DNA of 15,739 bases from Armatimonadota bacterium (GTDB lineage Bacteria; Sysuimicrobiota; Sysuimicrobiia; Sysuimicrobiales; Humicultoraceae): positions 1 to 15,739 of the forward strand of contig JBBIJB010000015.1 in the NCBI GenBank assembly GCA_037446215.1, written 5' to 3'. This document shows positions 1 through 8,465 of this stretch, in pieces. The translations under genes and the position numbers were made by a program. The notes beneath the pieces are model-generated. The model ran no database searches. It was not told the DNA's origin and saw only the letters and a list, made by a program, of their open reading frames with translations. Each line of letters opens with the position of its first letter. The stretch's first letter is position 1.

Positions 1-877
1 CGGAAGACCCCCCGACTATCAGGGCCGCCCCTAGCCATAGCCGTGTGGAGACCAGCTCCAGGTGGCGACCCGACACGAGCGGAGACAGCAGCAGGACGAT
101 CGGCACCGAGACCTGTGTCAAGGCCAGAGCCACCGAGATCGGTACCAGGTCGACCGCCATCCACCTGGCCCAGGTCGCAAGCCCAACCAGCACCGCCGCG
201 GCCACCCTGAACGCCGCGTCTTCGCCGGCGGGCCGCCGAAGGTGGCCCGGCTTCCTGGGCCTGACCAGCAGGATCAGGGCCAAGAGCGCGGCGCACCCCC
301 AGAGCCCCGCCGTCACCCCCAGCAGGGGTGAGTCGAGCCCCTCCAACCCGTGCCTGATGAAGAGCGGGCTGATCGCCCAACAGGTGGCGGCACCGATCCC
401 GTACATAGATGCCCGCCACCCCGTGGCGATGTCCCGAACGGGGCGGGGATCGCGGGCCGGGGCTGAGATCACGTAGACGCCGCTCACCACCACGACCACG
501 CCCAAGAGGACTGGAGGTGACGGCACCTCCGCGAGGAGCAGGGCGGCAAGCACCGTCGCGAAGACGGGCGTGGTGCTCAGGAGCGGGCTGGTGCGCGCCG
601 CGCCAATCCGCTTCTGGCTGGCATTGAGCAGCGTCCATCCGAGCAGGAAGTGGAAGAAGCTGGCCAGGAAGAAGTGGAGCAGAGCGGAAGGCGGCGCCCG
701 CCAGATGCGCCCCGGCTCATCGGTAACCAGCGCTATCGCCGAGAGCACCAGCGCGCTTCCCAGCAGCAGGGAGAAGGTCGAGGGGAGCGCGTCCGCTTCC
801 TTGACGGCGCGCCGGTTGAGGGATTGGAAGAGCCCGAATCCCGCTCCCGATGCCAGGGCCCATAGCGCTCCGCTCAT
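1..877 (-). CDS. EamA/DMT family transporter (3' end outside window; absent from the ORF track)
   Basis: Manual translation from ATG at 877, which overlaps the TGA of the upstream gene (ATGA): MSGALWALASGAGFGLFQSLNRRAV...FFHFLLGWTLLNASQKRIGAARTSPLLSTTPVFATVLAALLLAE...YGIGAATCWAISPLFIRHGL...LWLGAALIVGGSS. The frame is open for 292 codons to the window edge, with about 10 hydrophobic segments in two EamA-like repeats. Confidence 0.88.
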   Translation of the reverse strand, partial: MSGALWALASGAGFGLFQSLNRRAVKEADALPSTFSLLLGSALVLSAIALVTDEPGRIWRAPPSALLHFFLASFFHFLLGWTLLNASQKRIGAARTSPLLSTTPVFATVLAALLLAEVPSPPVLLGVVVVVSGVYVISAPARDPRPVRDIATGWRASMYGIGAATCWAISPLFIRHGLEGLDSPLLGVTAGLWGCAALLALILLVRPRKPGHLRRPAGEDAAFRVAAAVLVGLATWARWMAVDLVPISVALALTQVSVPIVLLLSPLVSGRHLELVSTRLWLGAALIVGGSS

Positions 878-1812
878 TGCGGCACACGGTTCACAATCCG
901 CCGATGTGCGAACGCCGAGATGGTCTCCATGGCGCTTGCCATAATCCGGCCGGCGGCTTCACCGGTATACCATCCTATGTGAGGGGTGACCACGACGTTG
1001 AGGCCTACAAAGTCGTGGTAGGCCTGCGGCTCCCCCTCCAGTACGTCGAGCCCTGCCCCGCCCAGGTGCCCGCATCGAAGCGAGTCGATCAATGCCGCCG
1101 TGTCCACTACCGCGCCCCGCGAGGTATTGACCAGGTAGGCCCCCCTCTTCATCTCGGCCAGCCGCCCGGAATCGATCAGATGATGCGTTGACGGTGTAAG
1201 GGGCACGTGCAGTGTCAGTGCGTCGCTCGCGGCCAGCACCTCCGGGAGTGCGGCGTAGGAGAACCCGAGACGGCGCGCCGCATCCAGGTCCTCCACCGTG
1301 TCGCAGGCTATCACCCTCATCCCGAAGCCATGAGCGATGCGGACGCTGCAGCGGCCGACGCGCCCGGTGCCGACCACACCCATCGTCTTGCCGAAAAGCT
1401 CCGCGCCCATCAGCCCGTCGGCGCGGAAACCTCGCTCGCCGCGGTAGCGTTCGTCGGCCTGCACGATCTTCCGCGCGACCGCAAGGAGAAGCCCGAACGC
1501 CAGCTCGGCTATCATATTGGCGCCGTAGTCCGGCACGTTGCAGACTACGACACCCCGGCTGGACGCCTCGGCGACGTCTATGTGGTCGAACCCCACCGAT
1601 CGAGTGACGATGCAGCGAAGCCGCGGGAGGCGCTCGAGGATCTCACGCGTGATCTTCCCGAATCGATCGCGGATGCACAGCACATCGGCCCCCGCGGCAG
1701 CTTCCACTATCTCGTCGGACGTCACCAGAGGCCCGAAGGTACGGACCGTACAGCCTTCCAACCGGATCGACTCCCGGTCTTCGAAGGTGAGGTCGGCGAA
1801 GGTCACGAGCAT
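874..1812 (-). CDS. D-isomer-specific 2-hydroxyacid dehydrogenase (NAD-binding)
   Basis: RSVGFDHID and NVPDY motifs, Rossmann GTGRVG followed by an Asp, LHVPL, NTSRG (Arg), DVLEGEP (Glu), TPHIG (His). GGAGGGAG lies upstream of the ATG. Confidence 0.92.
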   Translation of the reverse strand: MLVTFADLTFEDRESIRLEGCTVRTFGPLVTSDEIVEAAAGADVLCIRDRFGKITREILERLPRLRCIVTRSVGFDHIDVAEASSRGVVVCNVPDYGANMIAELAFGLLLAVARKIVQADERYRGERGFRADGLMGAELFGKTMGVVGTGRVGRCSVRIAHGFGMRVIACDTVEDLDAARRLGFSYAALPEVLAASDALTLHVPLTPSTHHLIDSGRLAEMKRGAYLVNTSRGAVVDTAALIDSLRCGHLGGAGLDVLEGEPQAYHDFVGLNVVVTPHIGWYTGEAAGRIMASAMETISAFAHRRIVNRVPQ

Positions 1813-1857
1813 GACCGGTCGTTGCTCCCTCCACGGCGGCCCGGGCCGGCCGGCGGC

Positions 1858-3081
1858 CTAGCGCGGATTACAGACCATCAGATCCTCGTACGGCCAGGTA
1901 GTGATGATCTTGTGGCCGTCCCGGGTCACGACCACCTGAACCTCGATCCTGGCGCCGTCGCCGCCCTCACCGTAGAAGGTCTCGAGGGCGAAGTGCATGC
2001 CCTCCTCCACAACGACCGGGTGGTCGAGCGAGTAGGCGCGCGAGATCCACGGCTTCTCGTGGTGGCTGAGGCCTATGCCGTGCCCGAGCGCGAGGGCGTA
2101 GGCGTCGGCCTCGTTGGCATAGCCGAGCTCCTTGGCCGAGGGCCACCGGGCCGCTATATCGGCCGTTGTGATCCCGGGCCTCACTGCCTCCACGGAGGCC
2201 TGGAGCCATTCGAGTGCGCGCCTGTAGACGCTCCTCTGCCGCTCGGTGGCACGGGTCACGGCGAATGTCCTGTAGTAGCAGGTGGCATACCCCAGGTAGT
2301 GGCTCATGATGTCGATGTAGACGAGCTCGCCGGGCCTTATCATCCGATCTGAATAGTCATGCGGATGGGGATTGCTTCTGGGGCCCGAGACGCAGTTGAT
2401 GCCGCTGATCCGATCGGCACCGTGCTCGATCAGCCACCCGTATATCTTCCCGACTACCTCGCACTCGCGGACACCGGGACGGATGAAGTCGAAGACCTCG
2501 CTGTAGACGCCGTCGGCCAGCGACGCCGAGAGCTCGATGATCTTGATCTCCTCGGGCGACTTCACCATCCGAGCGTCGAACATCGCGTCGTAGCCGTTGC
2601 GCACGCTGAGCCCGGCGTCCCGCAGGGCGTCCCACAGGTACATCTCCATCTCGTCCACGCCGACAGGCATGTCCGCAACGCCGTGCTCCGAGAGAATCGC
2701 CTTGATCTCCGCCACCGCTGCCCGCGAGAGGGCCACGTTCACAGGCCTGACATTGGCGCCGCGGTTCCAGCCGACCGCCGGCCGGATGTTCTCGGGCTTC
2801 AGCCAGGGGCACAGCTCGCGCTTCACGACTGTGGCGGTTCCGACCTCGAACAGGATCGGGTCGCCGCCCCGCGGCAGCAGGCACCAGCGGAAGTACTTGC
2901 CCCTCGCCCACTCGGCAAGGTGGGTTCCGGTGATGTAGCGGATGTTGTCCTGATCGAAGCAGAGAAGCGCACCAAGATCGTACTTCTCCATCTGGCGGCG
3001 CGCGCGTTCGAGCCTGTAGTTCCGAAGCGCCTCGAAATCCACCCTCTGCTCGACGTCGGTCGCCATCGGTCCCAGCGTCAT
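1858..3081 (-). CDS. M24 (pita-bread fold) Xaa-Pro peptidase/creatinase-like hydrolase, atypical metal site
   Basis: Creatinase_N-like N-terminus (NIRYITG), RMVKSPEEI, IRPGVRECEV, IDIMSHYLGYATCYYRTF, GHGIGLSHHE, FALET, ARIE. GGAGGAGG RBS upstream. Confidence 0.88.
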   Translation of the reverse strand: MTLGPMATDVEQRVDFEALRNYRLERARRQMEKYDLGALLCFDQDNIRYITGTHLAEWARGKYFRWCLLPRGGDPILFEVGTATVVKRELCPWLKPENIRPAVGWNRGANVRPVNVALSRAAVAEIKAILSEHGVADMPVGVDEMEMYLWDALRDAGLSVRNGYDAMFDARMVKSPEEIKIIELSASLADGVYSEVFDFIRPGVRECEVVGKIYGWLIEHGADRISGINCVSGPRSNPHPHDYSDRMIRPGELVYIDIMSHYLGYATCYYRTFAVTRATERQRSVYRRALEWLQASVEAVRPGITTADIAARWPSAKELGYANEADAYALALGHGIGLSHHEKPWISRAYSLDHPVVVEEGMHFALETFYGEGGDGARIEVQVVVTRDGHKIITTWPYEDLMVCNPR

Positions 3082-3100
3082 GCCGTCCTCCTCCCGGCCG

Positions 3101-4072
3101 TCAGCGCGGCGGCCATGCGACGGTGTAGATGTGCCTGCCCCCGCGCAGCGGTCCCCGCACGAGATCGTCCACCTGCTCCTGCGTGAGGCGTTGGGTCACG
3201 AGCGAGGCCTCCGGGAGCTTGCCCGGCGGGAACCGCTCCATGATGTCGTCGTGCAGCCTCACCATGTAGTCGAGAAGCGCCTCAAGCCCGGGGCGCGCCT
3301 TCTCCGCGTCCGCGAGCGTTGCGCGGCCCACCACCCCTTCCGGGTTCCCGACCACTTCGATGGTCCCAAGCCCGGCATGCCCGTACCAGGGGATGGCCCG
3401 CTGGTATGCGTTGGCGGCCGAGTCCACGTGACCGGGCGGCAGGAAGCCGCGGAACTCCGTATCGACTGCGTCCTTCATTCGGATCATCTCCGGGAAGAGG
3501 GCTAGAGAGAACGAGGTCTCGCACTCGTCGGCGTGAACGAAGGGCGTCTCAAAAGGCCCTCCGTGCGCCTTGTCTTTGACATGGGGCTGGATCGCGTAGT
3601 ACCAGTTGAGGTTGACCAGCACGGCGGGGACCTGGTAGCGCTTCGCGAACCTGTGGATTGCGGTCGGGATCACGTACTCCTGCCCATGTCCGTTGAGGAG
3701 GATCTGCTTGCGGAAACCGGCGTTCCAGAAGCCCGCGATGATGGAGCTGAGGTAGGCCGTGAATGTGTCCTCGTCAACTGGGATCGTGCCCGGCATGCCG
3801 ATGTGGTGGTATGGGTGACTTCCGAACCACACCGGCTGTGAGACCGTGCATCCTACCCTCCTGGCCACGGCCTCTGCCATCCTGGTCACCAGGAAGGTAT
3901 CCTCTCCGTAGCAGGCGTGGGGGCCGTGAGCCTCTGTGCTCCCCACCGGGATGATGATCAGGTCGTCCGCCGCCAGGCGGGCTTCTACCTCCTTCATCGT
4001 CATGTTCTGGAAGTAGACGCCGTCCGCCGCGTCGAGGTGGCCGCCCTTGGGCGGGATCTCCCAGTTGCCCAT
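3101..4072 (-). CDS. iolN: Creatininase-family protein, IolN-like 3-dehydro-scyllo-inosose hydrolase
   Basis: Creatininase metal motifs PVGSTEAHGPH..GED, NGHG and HADECETS. Long blocks (GVYFQxMTMK, EDTFLVTRMAE, HPYHHIGMPGT, IAGFWNxGFRKQILLNGHGQE, PEGVVGxATLA) match my recollection of Thermotoga IolN. Start is placed at ATG 4072 after GGAGGAG; an alternative in-frame ATG is at 4087. Confidence 0.8.
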   Translation of the reverse strand: MGNWEIPPKGGHLDAADGVYFQNMTMKEVEARLAADDLIIIPVGSTEAHGPHACYGEDTFLVTRMAEAVARRVGCTVSQPVWFGSHPYHHIGMPGTIPVDEDTFTAYLSSIIAGFWNAGFRKQILLNGHGQEYVIPTAIHRFAKRYQVPAVLVNLNWYYAIQPHVKDKAHGGPFETPFVHADECETSFSLALFPEMIRMKDAVDTEFRGFLPPGHVDSAANAYQRAIPWYGHAGLGTIEVVGNPEGVVGRATLADAEKARPGLEALLDYMVRLHDDIMERFPPGKLPEASLVTQRLTQEQVDDLVRGPLRGGRHIYTVAWPPR

Positions 4073-4090
4073 CTCTCCTCCCGTCATGCG

Positions 4091-5158
4091 CTAGGGCCTG
4101 ATGACGACCTTGATCGTCCCTCCCACGCGGTTTGTGAACGTCTCAAAGGCCCGGTTGATCTCGTCGAGCGGGAAGGTGTGCGTAATCAGCGGTGCCACCG
4201 ACAGCCTCCCGTCCGCCATCAGCGGAACGGCCCGCTCCATGCACCACATCCCCTCGGCCTTGGGCCCCGTGATCTCCAGGTTCCACTGGACGATCCTGTT
4301 GAGCTGAAGCGTCACCGGCTCGTGGTAGATGCCGTTGTAGGAGATCCTTCCGCTCTTCCGGGCGATCTCGAGGGCCTCGGCCGCGGGCCCTGCCTGGCCC
4401 GTGCACTCAACCACGAGGTCGGCCCCAATCCCGCCGGTAAGCTCCATCACGGCCTCGCGGAGCGGCGTGGTCCTGACGTTTATCGTTACGTCCGCGCCCA
4501 TCCGGCGACCCACCAGGAGACGGTCGTCCCGCGTTCCCGCCAGGATGATCCTGCCCGCACCGAGGATCCTGGCCAGGCCGGCGGACAGCAGGCCGATCGC
4601 GCCCGGGCCGGTGATCACCACGGTCTCTCCCGGCCGCACCCCGCCTATCCTCTCATACCCGTACAGGACGGTCCCGGCCGTGGTCAGCACCGTGCCTTCC
4701 TCGAACGAGATGCTGTCGGGAAGCAGGTGGAGCGTGTTCACGTGGCAGGCCGCGTACTCCGCGTATGCTCCGTTGCTGCAGAAGCCGTAGTGGCGATGCC
4801 CCTTCTCCGGCCTCCCGTAGTTCAGGCATGTCGTGTACAGACCTCTCAGGCAGTTGACGCAACGACCGCATCCCTTGTGGGGCTCGACTGCCACCCTGTC
4901 GCCCACCTCGACCTCGGTAACATCGGGGGCCACGGCTTCCACGGTACCCGTGAACTCATGGCCGGGTATGAACTCCCCGAGCGGGGGGTGGTTGGGCCAC
5001 CCCCGCGCGACAATCGCGGGATCGCTGCCGCAGATGGCCACGGCGCGCACGCGGACGAGGGCCTCGCCCGGCCCTGGAACCGGCACCCGCACCTCGGTCA
5101 GGCGCAGGTCGCCGTAGCCGTGGAGCACGGCGGCCTTCATCGTGCCAGGTGTGACCAT
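4091..5158 (-). CDS. Zn-dependent medium-chain dehydrogenase/reductase (sorbitol/threonine dehydrogenase-like)
   Basis: ICGSD, GHEFTG, structural Zn motif CGRCVNCLRGLYTTC, GPGAIG, C-terminal KVVIRP. Confidence 0.92.
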   Translation of the reverse strand: MVTPGTMKAAVLHGYGDLRLTEVRVPVPGPGEALVRVRAVAICGSDPAIVARGWPNHPPLGEFIPGHEFTGTVEAVAPDVTEVEVGDRVAVEPHKGCGRCVNCLRGLYTTCLNYGRPEKGHRHYGFCSNGAYAEYAACHVNTLHLLPDSISFEEGTVLTTAGTVLYGYERIGGVRPGETVVITGPGAIGLLSAGLARILGAGRIILAGTRDDRLLVGRRMGADVTINVRTTPLREAVMELTGGIGADLVVECTGQAGPAAEALEIARKSGRISYNGIYHEPVTLQLNRIVQWNLEITGPKAEGMWCMERAVPLMADGRLSVAPLITHTFPLDEINRAFETFTNRVGGTIKVVIRP

Positions 5159-5175
5159 CTACACTCGCCCTCCCC

Positions 5176-6216
5176 TCATACGGCAGGTTCCAGGACTACC
5201 TTCACGGCCTCGGCGGATCGGGTCAGATCGAACCCGCGCTCCCACTCCTCCAGGGGCAGCACGTGGGTGACGATCTGGGCGGGGCGCACCGCGCCACGTG
5301 AGAACAGGGAGAGAGCCCGCTCCCAGCTGCTGTGCGTGGAGCTGTAGCTGAACCGGACCTCCAGCGCCTTGAACAGGGCCTCGCGATAGGGAACCTCGAT
5401 GTGGTCGGAGGGCGGCTGCCCGAGCACGCAGACCCTCCCGATCCGGCGAGCCAGACTGAACCCCTGTGCCACGGCGGCGGGCGAGCCCGAGAGCTCAACG
5501 ACGAGGTCGGCCCCTTCCCCTGCGGTCAGTGACATCACGAGGCCGGCCAGATCGTCCTGCTCCACGTTCACGACGTGGTCGATGCCGAGCTCTCGCGCCT
5601 TTGGCAGCCTGACACGCTCGTCGCGGCCGACTCCGGCAATGGCCACGCTGGAGGCCCCTGCCGACTGCGCCATCCTGGCCGCCACCAACCCTATGGGGCC
5701 GCAGCCGAGCACGAGAACCATGTCCTCGGGCAGGACTCGCGCGCGCTCCAAGACGCCGTGGACTGCGACGGCGGCCGGCTCGGTCAGGGCGGCCTCGATG
5801 AAGCTCAGCCCCTCCGGAATGCGATGCAGCAACCAAGCCGGCACCCTGACGAACCCGGCGAAGCCTCCGTCCGACCCGTAGCCCGGGGCGCGTTTGTGGG
5901 CACAGGCAAACGCGTTTCCGGTGAGGCACAGGCGACACCGCCCGCAGGCGCCGAAGTGCTGCTCGCTCACGACGCGATCGCCCTCCGACCAGCCGGTGAC
6001 CGCGGGGCCCAGAGCCACTACCTCCCCGGCGAACTCGTGGCCGAGGACCACCGGAGGGCTGTACGGGTGCTGGTCGTCCTGGATCCTGAGGTCGCTGCCG
6101 CATATGCCACAGGCCCTGACCCGAACCAGAACCTCACCGGGGCCAGCCTGCGGCATCGGTAGGTCGCATAGCTCCAACAGCCCGCGGCCGCGCCCCGTCT
6201 TGACCAGTGCCCGCAA
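5176..6216 (-). CDS. Zn-dependent medium-chain dehydrogenase/reductase (iditol/sorbitol dehydrogenase-like), TTG start
   Basis: The likely start is TTG at 6216 (MRALVKTGRG..., 346 aa), 6 nt after GGGAGGGAG and just past the E2 stop. Motifs CGICGSD, GHEFAG, CGRCRLC..C, TEP, GCGPIG. The 540-aa ORF-track call overlaps E2 and is over-extended. Confidence 0.9.
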   Translation of the reverse strand: MRALVKTGRGRGLLELCDLPMPQAGPGEVLVRVRACGICGSDLRIQDDQHPYSPPVVLGHEFAGEVVALGPAVTGWSEGDRVVSEQHFGACGRCRLCLTGNAFACAHKRAPGYGSDGGFAGFVRVPAWLLHRIPEGLSFIEAALTEPAAVAVHGVLERARVLPEDMVLVLGCGPIGLVAARMAQSAGASSVAIAGVGRDERVRLPKARELGIDHVVNVEQDDLAGLVMSLTAGEGADLVVELSGSPAAVAQGFSLARRIGRVCVLGQPPSDHIEVPYREALFKALEVRFSYSSTHSSWERALSLFSRGAVRPAQIVTHVLPLEEWERGFDLTRSAEAVKVVLEPAV

Positions 6217-6242
6217 CGGCGTCTCCCTCCCCAGTTGAGCGG

Positions 6243-7418
6243 CTAGCCGAGAAGCGCGAGCGGCTCCTCGATCAGGCCCGCGAGGGCCTCGAGGAAGCGA
6301 GCCGCGCGAGCGCCATCTACCACGCGGTGATCGCACGACAGGCTCAGCGTCATCACGGGCCTTACCGCCGGCCCGCCCCCCACGGCGACGACGCGGGGGG
6401 CGATCCTCCCCACGGCGAGGATCGCCGCCTGGGGTGGGTTGATCACGGCGTCGAAGGCGTCGACCCCGTACATCCCCAGGTTGCTGACGGTGAAGGTCCC
6501 GCCGCTCAGGTCCTCCGGGCGCAAGGCTCCAGCGTTCGCCCTGGCGATCAGATCCTTCCTGCGCCTCGATATCTCCTCGATCCCCAGGCGGTCGGCACCG
6601 TGGATCACCGGAACTACGAGGCCGTCGTCGATCGCGGCGGCGATGCCGACGTTGATCTCTCCAGACTGGATGATCGTGCCGTTCCTCCAGGTGGCGACAA
6701 GCCTGGGGTGCTCGCGCAGGGCAGCGGCAACCAGCCGCACGAGCAGGTCGGTGAAGGTGAGATCCGAGCCCAGGCTCTTCTTTGCCGATTCGCGCCATGC
6801 CGTCAACCGGCCGGCTTCCACGTCGCGTCTGAGGTAGAAGTGCGGTGCGCTGGTCCAGCTCTGCGTGGTTCGCTCCGCCATCAGCCGCCAGACCGTGCCG
6901 ACCGTGATCTCGGCTGAATCCCCCGGCGGCCCAGAGGCACCCGGGCCGCGAACGGAAGCCCGGGCCGCGGATGCCGTGGCCGGAGCGGTCCCGGCGGCGC
7001 GCGCCTGTATGAAGGCCATCACGTCCGCCCTGTCTATCCGACCTCCCCTGCCCCGGACCTGCGCGAGGTCGACGCCGTGCGCGGCCGCGACCCGCCTCGC
7101 CAGGGGGCTCGCAGCGATCCTTCCGGCACCGGCCACAGCGACTGGTGCGTGGGCGGCGCCGCCCGCGCCCAGCTCTTCGCCCGGGGCGGCGATCAGCGCT
7201 ATCACCATGCCCACCGGCACCACATCGCCATCGCCGGAAGTGACACGCGCGAGAGTCCCGGTGGCAGGTGCCTCGACCTCAACGGTGACCTTGTCGGTCT
7301 CTATCTCGATGAGGGGCTCGCCCTTGGCTACCGGATCACCCTCCCTCTTGAGCCACCGCACGATGCGGCCGGTCTCCTGGGACATGCCAAGCGCAGGCAT
7401 CACTACATCCGTGGCCAT
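6243..7418 (-). CDS. Dihydrolipoamide acyltransferase (E2) of a 2-oxoacid/acetoin dehydrogenase-type complex
   Basis: Single lipoyl domain (EIETDKVTVE), peripheral subunit-binding domain (ASPLARRVA..GVDL..GRI..DV), Ala-rich linkers, GGTFTVSNLG, catalytic DHRVVDG. Confidence 0.95.
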   Translation of the reverse strand: MATDVVMPALGMSQETGRIVRWLKREGDPVAKGEPLIEIETDKVTVEVEAPATGTLARVTSGDGDVVPVGMVIALIAAPGEELGAGGAAHAPVAVAGAGRIAASPLARRVAAAHGVDLAQVRGRGGRIDRADVMAFIQARAAGTAPATASAARASVRGPGASGPPGDSAEITVGTVWRLMAERTTQSWTSAPHFYLRRDVEAGRLTAWRESAKKSLGSDLTFTDLLVRLVAAALREHPRLVATWRNGTIIQSGEINVGIAAAIDDGLVVPVIHGADRLGIEEISRRRKDLIARANAGALRPEDLSGGTFTVSNLGMYGVDAFDAVINPPQAAILAVGRIAPRVVAVGGGPAVRPVMTLSLSCDHRVVDGARAARFLEALAGLIEEPLALLG

Positions 7419-7439
7419 CCCTACAGCTCCTCCTGCTCC

Positions 7440-8465
7440 TCAGGCACGCCCACAGAGGGCCCTGGCCTTTGCCGCTACACGCTCACCCGTGGGAACCGTG
7501 AGATCCTCTAGGGCGGGCGAGAAGGGCACCGGCACATCCATGGCCCCCATCCGCGTGACCGGCGCGTCCAGGTAGTAGAAGGCTCCTTCGCCTATGACCG
7601 ATGCGATCTCCGCCGTGACCCCGTGCTGCTCATGGCCCTCATCCAGGACTATGGCCCGCCCGGTCTTCCGGGCGGACTCCACGAGGGTGCCTCTATCCAG
7701 AGGCGCTATCGTCCGCGGATCGATGACCTCGGCGCTAATCCCCTCCCGCTCGAGGATCGAGGCGGCATCGAGCGCAACCTGTACCATGCTGCTGGTGGCG
7801 ACCAGCGATATGTCGGCGCCCTCGCGCTTGATCTCGGCTACACCGAAGGGGATCGTGTACTCCTCCACGGGCACCGGGCCCCTCGCCTGAAACATCAGCT
7901 TGTCCTCGAAGAAGAGGACAGGGTTGTCGTCACGGATGGCCGCCTTGAGCAGTCCCTTCGCGTCGTAGGGCGTGGACGGCATGGCGACCTTCAACCCCGG
8001 GATGTGCGCGAACCAAGCGTGCAGGCTCTGGCTGTGCTGGGCGGCTGAGCGCCTGGTTGCGCCCATCGTGGCCCGAACGACCAGCGGTACTCGGAGGCGA
8101 CCGCCGGACATGTAGTGCACCTTTGCGGCCTGGTTGACTATCTGGTCCATGGCGAGCGTGAGGAAGTCGCCGAACATGATGTCGGCGACCGGCCTAAGCC
8201 CTGTCATCGCGGCCCCGACCGCTACCCCAGTGAAGCCGGCCTCGGAGATCGAAGTGTCGATGACCCTGTCTTGTCCGAACTCCTCGACCAGGCCTGAGAG
8301 CACCTTGAAGGGGGTGCCTGCCTCTGCCACATCCTCTCCAAGGATGATCACGCGCGGATCACGGCGCATCTCCTCTGCGAGCGCCTCCCGCACGGCCTGC
8401 GCGAATGTGATCTCGCGGGTTGCCTTCCCCGAGCTGGTAGCTGCCACCGGGCTAGGCGTAGACAT
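7440..8465 (-). CDS. TPP-dependent dehydrogenase E1 beta subunit (AcoB/PdhB-like)
   Basis: LGEDV, DTSISEAG, IMFGDF, DQIVNQAAK, AAQHSQS, DAKGLLKAAIRDDNPV. Start is moved to ATG 8465 (GAGGTG upstream, 14-nt overlap with the E1 alpha end). Confidence 0.94.
   Translation of the reverse strand: MSTPSPVAATSSGKATREITFAQAVREALAEEMRRDPRVIILGEDVAEAGTPFKVLSGLVEEFGQDRVIDTSISEAGFTGVAVGAAMTGLRPVADIMFGDFLTLAMDQIVNQAAKVHYMSGGRLRVPLVVRATMGATRRSAAQHSQSLHAWFAHIPGLKVAMPSTPYDAKGLLKAAIRDDNPVLFFEDKLMFQARGPVPVEEYTIPFGVAEIKREGADISLVATSSMVQVALDAASILEREGISAEVIDPRTIAPLDRGTLVESARKTGRAIVLDEGHEQHGVTAEIASVIGEGAFYYLDAPVTRMGAMDVPVPFSPALEDLTVPTGERVAAKARALCGRA

Noticed and set aside
1833..1860. GC-only quasi-palindrome between the M24 and 2-hydroxyacid dehydrogenase genes as a terminator
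   Set aside because: There is no U-tract, pairing is imperfect, and such runs are expected by chance at this GC content.
1858..4072. Adjacent creatininase-fold and creatinase-fold genes suggesting creatinine to creatine to sarcosine degradation
   Set aside because: The creatininase-fold protein looks like the IolN subfamily, the M24 protein keeps four of five metal ligands unlike metal-free creatinase, and there is no sarcosine oxidase or dehydrogenase in the window. Considered unlikely, but not experimentally excluded.
6217..6798. N-terminal extension of the 540-aa ORF, suggesting a fusion or overlapping gene
   Set aside because: It is an Arg/Pro/Gly-rich alternative-frame read of the E2 gene. 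A good RBS plus TTG at 6216 gives a normal-length MDR.
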